Source of the DNA: Ruditapes philippinarum
Lineage: Eukaryota
Length of the DNA stretch: 64,000 bases
Direction: 5' to 3'
Assembly (NCBI RefSeq): GCF_026571515.1
Contig: NW_026859515.1
Location: forward strand, 1-64,000
Below, one piece after another: positions 54,066-64,000 of the stretch. The notes under the pieces are model-generated. The model was not told where the DNA came from. It ran no database searches and saw only the letters and a list, made by a program, of their open reading frames with translations. Each line of letters starts with the position of its first letter. Within the stretch, counting starts at the first letter, position 1. Made by a program: the position numbers and the translations under genes.

Positions 54066-54366
54066 CAAAGTTTCTCCGAAAATAAATTTTCCATCCGTTG
54101 TTTGGTATTCCTGACGTTGTATTATCTAACGGATAATAATCTGTTAGCTTGCATTGTTTATTTAATTCATGGAAATTCACAGACAGACATCCGAACATAC
54201 TGTCACAAAGAGCAACACATTTGTTGATGGAACTATCATTAAAGCTAGATATGGGATTCCCATTACTTTCATTGCTGGCGTACATTTCATAAACAAAGGA
54301 TTTTGTTAATCCAGCAATAATTTGAAAGAAGTTGAAAGACAGAAAAAAATGTTTAAGTATCTTCAT
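54066..54366 (-). CDS. Copy E exon 1 (signal peptide + PAN), intact, with no exons 2/3 of its own; candidate first coding exon of the D gene
   Basis: 301 nt open from the ATG to a |GTAAGA donor; no F-lectin exons seen between 50320 and 54066. Confidence 0.85.
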
Positions 54367-56601
54367 TTTTGTGAAGTATACAAATCTAAATTTCCAAAAC
54401 TAAATATAAAATTTATAGCCTTTTAAATGTTAATTGCTAACGTTTGATATTTTAACAAACACCTTCTTTCAAGTGAATCCGAAGCAAATATGCTGCCGGT
54501 ACCCGTGTGCAAAGGAATAAATAATAAAAATTTGCATAAAGTATCCCCGGTAGATCAGTCCAACTATAGTTCAGATTTACATTCAGGGAATAAATTAAGT
54601 CACTATATTTTTCCGCCTTCATTGTGATTTTGGTTTTCTGAGAAAGCTATTTTTAGCCATCCAATCAAACAGGCGTTAGACGAAGTATCAAAATATCGCT
54701 GTCCGTGGAAGTGAAACAAATAGTTTGGTCTTGAAATCGTGGAATTTACCTATTCAGTCCTGGTTTTCTAGATTCGTTTTGCTTTCAAAATTGATAAAGC
54801 TTGCCGATGAATAACTGTTTGAAATGCCAAGAAAAGATGAACTCCTATTAGTGCCTATTCAGATCCTAATGCGTAGCGTAAATTAGTAGCTGATCTTAAT
54901 CAGATTGCCCGAATGATATGCTTTCTTGTTGAAAACAATTAGGCAAATTGCTTTCTATTTTCACTGCAGTCGACGAAAATGCCAATTTGTTAATGTTTTA
55001 TTTTCATGTTTTGTCACAGTATACCTAACATTTGAAATTTGTTTACGGGTTTATTTTTTTAGTCATAAGTCAAATCATTCAGAATTATATATGAGACTAA
55101 TGCAAAGCTTTTAAAAGCTCCCAAATAAAAATACCTCGATAGTTTCATAACAAGGCGATAGTGCTAATCAATTTGATAATTTAAACACTAACTATGCTAA
55201 ACTTCAGTAGAGAAAAATGTATTTTATGTTAATCAAGGACATAAAGCAATATAGCCAAAGCCGTACATTTTAGGTAGTCATTTCTTAGCTTGTCATCTTA
55301 TTGGCAGTTGTCTTTGAATAATATATATCGAATATGGCATCATTTCTACATCGTTAGTTTTATAAAAAAAATGACTTGTTCTGCATATTTTGTTATTTTT
55401 TATGTATTGTTTGTGAAAAGTGCGTGCGTAAGGTTTATAGGGATCACGTTGTTTCCAGATTATTATAAACCTTTTATATGAAATGACTTACCGACCGCTT
55501 AATAGGTCAATAATTATCTGTTCGGCAAATGTCTCAGCAGGTATTCCGAAAAAAAAAAAACAAAAAAAAAAAGCAAAAGCAAAAAAGCAACAAAAACAAT
55601 GAATTAATATTATGCGGTTTTGTTCTGTTTAATACAGACAACCCTAAAGTTAGGTAGTCTTTTTCAAGAAATCATGAAGCGCACTTTCTAGTTATTTTTT
55701 GTAAGTAAGGCTAAAAACTGTATGCGCTGATTCATTTTTTTTTTCAATTTCTTCTCGTTTCTGCCATTACTTTGCATAATTCGGAGTGACCTTTGCTCAG
55801 TCTTGTATATTTTCACTAATCTGCAACCCGACATATAAATGGCTAAAATTTGTGTATAATATATCAAACAAAAGTTGAAAAGTCTTGCTGAATTTCATCT
55901 TTAACATAAATAACTTTCAGTTATTCCGTGAAAGAATATTTATAAATATTACATTTTACTTCTTGTGTAAGACTCAAACTCAAACCCTATGGTGGCTAAG
56001 ACAGAAAAATTGAACTGTTGGTTTAACTTAACCAGAAAATTATTATGTTTAAAGAACGCTGAGTTGTTAACTTATTTTTCAGGCTGATGGCTGTCATTGC
56101 TTTTCAAGTTTTCATAAAGCATTCGGCAGTTATTGCTCGTAGGATACTTAAATATGCCCAAATGTCATCATGAGCAGTTTTGCATGTGGAAGGAATGTTT
56201 TTTTTTCAGACTGTAAAAATGAAACAAAAAAATAAGAGACGATATTTGGTGATTGATAATTTGAATGAATAGACGTAAGTTTTCTTCCTTTTATTACGTT
56301 TGGCATTTTAAGTAATTTATCAATTTCAGCTTTGCTTTTCTCTGAACGGCCTGACATTGTCAGAATTGTCAGCAAAAATAAAATTAAGGTACCACATGGG
56401 GAAAATCTTAAGAAAGTAGTTTCGTCATTTAAAAATGTGAAATTATATTTTGATAATTTTCACTGTGAAATTATCAAATATAATTTTCACGGATAAACAG
56501 TAATCCACTGACTGCATAAAATAAAAATAGATATACACTAAAACTATTATTGAATGAATTATATTTACTTATCACTTGAAATTAATAAAAGTTAGTTTGT
56601 T

Positions 56602-57567
56602 TCGCTAGTTTCAGAAACAACAAATTACTCGTTAAGAAACAACAACAATTACATAACCATAGCTAGGCGCACCGAAACGTACAACAAACCATTTATACCT
56701 TCTGCTACTGAATTATGGAATGCATTAGACACCGAAATTCGCGAAATTTATTAATTGAATATTTTTAAATCTAGTATGAAAGAAAAGTTTAATGCCCCCG
56801 TAGTACCTAAACACTTTTTGTTTGGTGTAAGATATTTGTCAGTTTTACATGCTCGTTTAAGGAACAATTGTAGCAACTTACATGCTGACCTTTTCAAAAA
56901 TCACTTGAGAGAAAGTCCGACTTGTATATGTGGAAACCTTTGTGAGGATGCCGAACACTATCTATTTTGCTGTCCATTATTTAAACCTCAGAGACTTATA
57001 CTCTTCGCAGAAACCAGAATTTGTCATCCTCTTAATGTTGAGCTATTACTGTGGGGTAGCAATTCTTTAGATGATAACAATAATGAACAAATATTTGCGG
57101 CTGTCCAAAAATTTATAAAAACTACTGACCGTTTTTGAAACACATGATATTTTTGTAAATTGTATTAATCCTAATAACCTGGTACCACAAATAATTGACA
57201 ATCACATTTATGATGGACGTTTACTCCCAATGACGAATAATGCTAAATGCTGGATCCTTTACCCTGTCGTTATTATATAAATACATAAATATACATTTTT
57301 CTGTCTTACTTATTTCTTACATTGTTTTATTTTTTTATGTTAATCTGTCTTTATTTTTTTTCTTTGTTCGCTTTATATGTAAACATGTCACACTTTGTCA
57401 TATTTATGCCATCAATGTTGATTAATATATTTTTTCAGGGGGAGGGGCGGTCGCTAATGTTGTAAGAACTTGGGCCCAACCCTTTTGCTATTTGTTATTT
57501 CAAAATCAATTTGTTTCTCTGTATATTTACATGTAAATATTAGCAATAAAATATGAATAAACTAAAC
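56602..57567 (+). mobile_element. 5'-truncated non-LTR retrotransposon (CR1-like LINE): ORF2 C-terminus and 3' UTR
   Basis: YSLRN...FIPSATELWNAL...LHARLRNNCSNL...CICG...EDAEHYLFCC; ends AATAAA..AAACTAAAC; 8-bp TSD AGTTTGTT at 56594-56601 and 57568-57575. Confidence 0.88.
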
Positions 57568-58580
57568 AGTTTGTTGATTTCTTGAATGATTTTATGTGTT
57601 AACAACTTATGTTTATCTATAAGTATATAAACTATATAATTACAATTCCTCGTTGTTCTCCATTGTCTAGTATTAATTTAAACAATATTTATTTCAATTT
57701 GTACAAAATAAACTTATACAGTAAGCATTTACAGACACATTGATATATTTCGTGGATTGGATTAGTATTTATATGTGATTAATGCAAAAATGTTTACAGA
57801 AGTTAAAAGAAATATTCGATGTTGGTTTTCTATTGTTCAAAAGAAAAGAGCTACTGGATCTGCTTTGTGTGTACTTTTGTCATTCTTTCACGCACCATGA
57901 GTCGCAATAAGGGTGTCGCGTGAATTCCAGCCAACGCGATTACAGATAAAGTATTTTTCCTAGTACTTGTACATCATTACCTACTAAAATTCACAGAAAT
58001 GTATCCTCCTCCGACTGTCTAAATGGCCAATCGCATGTATCATTATAAAAACATTGAAGCCAAAACACACCGGGAAACATGATGGTGTTCTCCAAAGAAA
58101 GTAAACCCACATGTCTACGATGGGAAAACATATTTCAACGGCTGTTAAGGACCCGGAACCATTAGGAATAAGTGTTGTGTAACCTTTGTTTATGGCACAT
58201 TTCCCTTTCATGCTATAGCCGTTCTTTTGCGCCACACAGAATGGTTTGTTTTGCCATAAAATTTAAGAAGTTTTACTAATTTGGCCTGCATATAAACGTT
58301 TATATAAATAAAAATATATCTTATTGTATAATTAGTTGAAATTTACACAAAAAGTACCTACGAAAAAAACTCTTGAATTTTCAGATACATGTAACACCTT
58401 ATTGGATACTCTAACATCTTGAAAGAGCATAGTCGTTTTTATCTTTGAGGACTTTCGTTCTTTTTGCTCTTGGTCAAACATAATGAACTTCATAAAATAT
58501 AGGTTACTTGTGATTAATATTCATTAATGCCAAGTTAAAAACTGATGTTTGGTAGAAAAACAAAAGAAAAAGTACATAAT

Positions 58581-58670
58581 ATAGTATTTACAGACCCGGG
58601 TTGTCTTTTAAAAACCTCGATCGGTACGCTTTCTCGTTTTCAAATCGTCACCCGGGTCTATAAATACTAT
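58581..58670. repeat. Palindrome with 20-bp arms (likely end of a non-autonomous element)
   Basis: ATAGTATTTACAGACCCGGG / CCCGGGTCTATAAATACTAT, one mismatch. Confidence 0.75.
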
Positions 58671-58944
58671 AAAGACATATTCATCGTCTGGTTACTATAA
58701 CTTTAGAATAAAAGGAGAAATTGTCCGGTAATACTCTTTAAATAATTAAACAAAAGAATGTTAATGGTTTTAGAGAAGTACATATAAATGACCAAGGCTT
58801 ATTGAAAGTATAACATTAAATTATTCAGTCAGTCTTTTTTTAAAAAAAAAGTGTATGCCATTTGTAAGCAATCCGTTAAACAGATTCCATTGCATGATAA
58901 ATTTACTTGAAGGAATAGGTGTTATGAATTAGCAATATGACTAG

Positions 58945-59200
58945 TTATTAGTCCCATACCGGTTTAACCGGAGGGGGACTTTAGGTTTACCCTCCGTCCG
59001 TCTGTCTGTCTGTCAGTCCGTTCGTTCACAAAACTGGATCCCGCGATAACGCAAGAAGTACTGAAAATATTTTTATGAAACTTGATATATGGAAAAATGG
59101 CAGTATTGAGATTATGCTCGTCTTTTTCTTTCTTTTCTTCCTATGTGCTATGGCAATAAATAGACTGAAAATGTGGCAAATTTAACACATAAAATGGATC
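58945..59200. mobile_element. Helentron-associated (HINE) fragment
   Basis: TTATTAGTCCCATACCGGTTTAACCGGAGGGGACT hairpin, followed by a (GTCT)n microsatellite and a core segment. Confidence 0.65.
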
Positions 59201-59749
59201 TAGTGATCATAGGTGTTCGTCGCGTTGATTGGTCACTACCACCGGGCCCCCTCACCTACTCTACAACCCTCCTACCTCTCAAAACTATGTAACCTGCAGT
59301 ATTGTCCATTTGAAACATGTTTTAATATTTGGTATATGCTTTTAATTCAATTACCGTCATTTCCTACAAAAAATAAAAAATTGATACATATATATTTAGT
59401 AAAGGTATGCAACTCGCCGCTCATTTTTCAGCACTCATCTTAATTTGAACTCCATAACTCCGCAATTTTTCACCAATTTTCAATATCTTGGTACCAAATT
59501 GTAGGGAATTTATTACTCTTAAAGAAAATAAAGCTGTCATTACAATCATTTCAAGTTATAAGAAGATATGTAATCTCGAAGTCACCGCAAGTGTAACTCG
59601 ACAGAGACATGACCGCTGGGTTTTTGTCAAAATGACCCGACTAAACGGCAGTTTATTTGAAATGAATGAATATTATTTGTATAAGTGAAATCATATTTAG
59701 CCGTGATTTGTTAAACAAGTTAAGTATTTTATATAAGGAACAGAAAACT

Positions 59750-60310
59750 TCTCCCCGTGCCCCCGCTAATTAGTGTGTTTTCGTCCCTCGACCCCGCCGT
59801 TTTATTTCTTATAGATAGATAGATAGATAGATAGAATTTATTTCACATAAAATGCTACAATTCACATGGCAAACAAATTATAAAACATACATTAAAACAA
59901 ATAACAAGACATGTATGTAAAAAATATAGCCATGTCAATAAACATTATATGTGAAGGAAAACACAAAAAAAGAGTTAAGATAAATCCTTGTTTCCATTGT
60001 GGTTCTTCTTGAATCTCGCTCCGTGCCCCCGCGGGGCTAAGTTTGATTTATTTAACTTCGCCCGGCGTTCCGCTAATTAGCGTGTTTTCGCTCCGCACCC
60101 CGCCATTTTAACTTATTAATTTTCGACTCTTCGAGGTGTGGTCGCGGAGCGAAAACTCGAATGGCACAAATCAGTCACAATAGTTTTCGTTTAATGTAAC
60201 CAGGACAATTGTTAGAATTTCACTTGACGTTGACTCATTTTATTTAAACTGTCTCGTCATTTAGGAACATATTGGGGCTAAGAGTATGGTGGCTGATTTG
60301 ATGGCAAGTT
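59750..60310. mobile_element. MITE fragments with CCCCGC repeats, interrupted by an (ATAG)n-tailed insert
   Basis: TGGCACAAATCAGTCACAATA (~60162) is the near reverse complement of TATGGTGGCTGATTTG (60285); (ATAG)n at ~59810-59834. Confidence 0.4.
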
Positions 60311-60699
60311 TTCAGGAAATGTCGTCGTCAAGACGTCACAAAAAACATTAGAGAAATTCCTGCCATTTTGACGCGATATTTTATTGCTAAAATTTTACAT
60401 TTAAACCGACCTTAGGCAATGTTGTTTACATTAGTTGCTGTAGAGACGGAAAACTGGATACCGGTTATAGATATATTCACTTTTATTGTGAAGAGGAGGT
60501 GAGAAAAGTTTTATTCATGTATCTATATATAATTTCTGGGTTTTCTGTAATGAAATGTAAAATTAAGACTTGACTTCCACGAAATTATCACACAAGCCTT
60601 AAATTTGTTTCGTTTTTCGAAGAACTTTTGTTTGTACAATTTTTAATTAACATATTTGGCTTCAAGAGCAGCAACCTTAATTGCATATATTTCCTTATT

Positions 60700-61435
60700 T
60701 ACTAATTAACCTTTTTGCCACGCATCGTCTTTTGCCAGACTTTGTAGCTCAAATCTTGTTTTAGTATTTTCGTCTTTGCCCATAAATATAAATCTATATT
60801 TCGATGTCAGTGACGACATTTGGAAAAAAGACCATTCATTGTAATTTGCAAAGTGTTTAAGCAACAAATTAGCGCACAGCACCATGAATCACGCGACCTT
60901 TTTTCTGCTTATCTTGGCAAATGGGAATCTATCTAACACAGATCGTATTCATTTTCAAATCATGTTTGAAAATGGTATGAGCTGCTCCTTTTGAGATGCC
61001 AACGATATTAGCTATTTGCCTAATACTGTATCTGACATCTATATAAACAATTTCTTTCATTTTAGGGACCTTCTCTTCAGACGTTGCAGTTTTAGGCCGT
61101 TCGGCATGGTGTGCATCTTTGGTCAAATTAACCACCATTTGAATGTTTTAAACCAACGAATAATTGATAAAAATACATTTCATTTGTCCATATACAGAAC
61201 AGATTTTATCAAAAATATCTACAGGAGACAACGGCCGTATTTTCATGGCCTACTCTGATTTTCTACCAGCAAAAATTTGTGTATTACAGTATACGAGTAA
61301 AAAATGTATAGTGAGTTATGAACACAGCTAAAGTGAACGGAATTTAATGTTGTTTATCTTCCCGAACTTCATTTCCTCAAGTTTTCATTCTGTAACAATA
61401 TAACACTCTAGATGCTTTCATATTTGAACACTATA
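60700..61435 (-). mobile_element. Old, degenerate mariner fragment (different family from the intronic copies)
   Basis: RPKTATSEEKV..MKEIV..DVRYSIRQIANIVGISKGAAHTIFKHDLKM..IC.R*IP is the mariner HTH plus the WVP region. Confidence 0.75.
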
Positions 61436-63306
61436 TTACATGTTTCATTGAAAGGCATAGATAAAACCCTGTAATTAAAGTTTGTTTTTTCTTTAGAATT
61501 AACTTCGTTTCGATGCAAAACCATCTCTGTACATACCTCATGTCAAATGCATTATCATTTAATGAAAAACTTAATTTAGGGATTTATGTCATTTATTTTC
61601 CTCGTCAACTTGTAAACGAAGGTCGAGATAATCCCACTTTATTGAACAATAAAATTTTAATTTATGTATAACATTTTACGGAAAATCAGCAAACTTGTAT
61701 GCGAGCTTGTGAACACATTTAAAATAATCATTATGGATGAATTTTAATTTCAATGTTTTTAGTGTTGATTTCGTGAAAACGCATATGTGGCATTACTAAT
61801 TTCAAACGTCCGTGATGTTGAATGAAGATAGCATTGATATTAGCGGTGAGTATTTAACACCCATGTGAAATTATATGCGTAGAAATTAACCACACAGGCC
61901 GTTGTCAGTGCATTTTGTACTTCATCATCTTTTTACAGTAATATACAAAGAGCCAGAATAATAAAATATACTATCTTTATTTTCTAAATCAGAAGAGCAC
62001 ATCCTGTATAATTATGATAATACATTTACTAGTAATGCAAGCAATATCTCAACATTGTGAATGAACATATTATACAGTATTAACTGCAGTATCATTAATG
62101 TATATATCAGTGCATAATAAACTATTCCATCACATTATTCCCCATTCAAACAGATTGGACTGTAACGATACTTATATGCATGGCATATAATAATCCTGAC
62201 GTCAGATTTGACGTCAATAAACCATGTACATTTTACGTGAATTGGTCCATAATGAAAGGAGTGCAATACCATTTTATAATTTTGCTGACAATATTTTGTA
62301 TCATACGTGCCAACAAATCACAAAAGAACAATATAAAGATGTTGTTAGTAAGTGTGACACATATGATCTGATATTACATATCTACATAAAGCTGAATAGA
62401 ATATATTTATTCATCATATAAATCTTCATGCTATATTACCATGAATTAGATCAACATTTCTTTTCAAGAAATATTTTGTAAGCATATCCAGATGATTCAT
62501 TTCTAGGGTTATATCAAAATTTGAAATACTTATTGAAATAAATTTTATTGTGCACATATTTGTTTGTTTGTATTTGTTTACATTTATTGTCTTTGTCATA
62601 AATATATATTGTTCATGTGCTGAATACATTTAAACTTGGAACTTTTTTTTCAATTGAAATGTGCTTATTGTAGACCAATCGACTATAAAATTATATATGT
62701 AATTTTAAAATACCACGTGTATTCAATATATAAGATGTTTAATCTTACTTTCATTGTTATACATTCAAAATGAATTTCTTTATCTTTATACCCCTTTTGG
62801 TATAGTGAAAGTGATTTTAATCAGTCACTCTTACTCTACAGAATGTTGTCGGAGTAACATAGTATTGTCTATATCTATACATATATACATATATATAGGT
62901 TTTAAATATTACCCGTCAACAAAGTTAAACTGTAATTAACACAAATGTACCGATTTCATATGACAGTATTTAATGACGGATTCACAGAAACAAATTCAAA
63001 CTGATCACTGCACGATTAATGACACATTTGTACTGCACACGATTAAGCGAAAGGTAATACTCGGCTGTAATTGGCTGATATGTATCCACAGTTTTTCCGA
63101 GAAATTGCATAAAGGATCTGACAAAAAGGTTTACATTGACACCGTAGTACATCGTCCTAATCAATCTAATTTTAATTTTAAATATGTGACATCCAACTGG
63201 TACTCTGAAATGCAGTTCATTTCAAATTTTGCTTTTGCAAGCAAATCAATATGAAATTAATGAATATTGTGTTTCGACAAGACGGTGATATTTATCTTTT
63301 TTACTT

Positions 63307-64000
63307 TTAAAGTTGTCGTTTAAAGGAATCGTAATTTCCGATTTCTGCAAAAGTATGAGTTGAGTGTGATGCAGACGGGGTTTTCTGACTTAAATCTGCC
63401 ATAGGGATTTTGTTACATTCAGACGTATACCCATTGTCCATATCCACAGACGGGCGGGGTATTCGAAAAGATGTATTATCATATGCTTGTGCTGCTTCGC
63501 TTCTCCTGTCTAAATTCTCTGACTCTGAATCAACCTTTGACCCTGTTACAGATGAAAAAGGACCTATCAGCGACAAGATAACAGGCAGTAGAAAAAGAGC
63601 ATGAAGAATCCCGAATGTGATAACAAGGCTCATGACTTGGAAAAAAGAATAAAATATATATGATTTGGCTGCTGCTAACATGACAACACCCAACAACGAT
63701 GATATTGCTCCATGAAAAATCGGAGCTCCGGATCGAACAATTCCGGATATCATTTTTTTATTTCGGTCATCACCGCTTGAAATCATATAACCGTGACAAA
63801 TATGTGCTGCAAAGTCTACAGAGAAACCGATGCTCATTATAATGTGAATCATTGTAATCGCACTTAAAGTAAGGCCTAAAAATGAAAGAAATCCGAAGAT
63901 TCCGAGAGTAATCATGGCAACAGTTGTTGTTATATATAAAAGCAACAGTGGATGTGGCATGAATATACAGGTAACGAAAAATACCATAGCAACAGCAATC
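63307..64000 (-). CDS. Patched domain-containing protein (PTCHD3/patched-related family), last coding exon, partial
   Basis: Several TM helices with IMSIGFSVDFAAHICHGY (GxxxD), GAPIFHGAISSLLGV and FGILHALFLLPVILSL, then a cytosolic tail and stop at 63307; the frame is open to the window end. Confidence 0.92.
   Translation of the reverse strand, partial: IAVAMVFFVTCIFMPHPLLLLYITTTVAMITLGIFGFLSFLGLTLSAITMIHIIMSIGFSVDFAAHICHGYMISSGDDRNKKMISGIVRSGAPIFHGAISSLLGVVMLAAAKSYIFYSFFQVMSLVITFGILHALFLLPVILSLIGPFSSVTGSKVDSESENLDRRSEAAQAYDNTSFRIPRPSVDMDNGYTSECNKIPMADLSQKTPSASHSTHTFAEIGNYDSFKRQL

Noticed and set aside
57960-58290. GC-richer exon-like segment (ORF 57984-58235; Cys-containing plus-strand frame)
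   Set aside because: No recognisable domain, stops in the plausible frames, no partner exons.
61960-63306. Short ORFs downstream of the patched-domain gene
   Set aside because: Low-complexity AT-rich frames, most likely its 3' UTR or intergenic DNA.

Overview
AT-rich, intron-containing animal DNA; the repeat families suggest a bivalve mollusc, but that is inference. About 55 kb of the window is a head-to-tail, minus-strand tandem array of a three-coding-exon gene for a secreted ~246-aa protein: signal peptide + 4-Cys PAN/Apple domain (exon 1) + F-type lectin/fucolectin domain (exons 2-3). All introns are phase 1. There are six exon-1 copies (ATG at 228, 12897, 26778, 40323, 50320, 54366; called F, A, B, C, D, E) but only four exon-2/3 pairs inside the window. 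Copy B is intact. Copy A has a frameshift and a dead donor. Copy C has a 2-nt deletion and an assembly gap. Copy D's signal-peptide region is frameshifted but carries a unique in-frame splice acceptor, so the orphan exon E could splice into it to give SP-PAN-PAN-F-lectin. Paralog differences concentrate in the lectin ligand loops and the His/Arg/Arg fucose-binding triad, while the PAN exon is nearly invariant. Each unit also carries a decayed plus-strand gene-like sequence. Mobile DNA includes a Tigger/pogo element, three mariner relics, a 2.9-kb TIR element, Helentron-type non-autonomous elements, a truncated CR1-like LINE and several palindromic elements. The window ends in the last exon of a patched-domain (PTCHD/PTR-like) gene.
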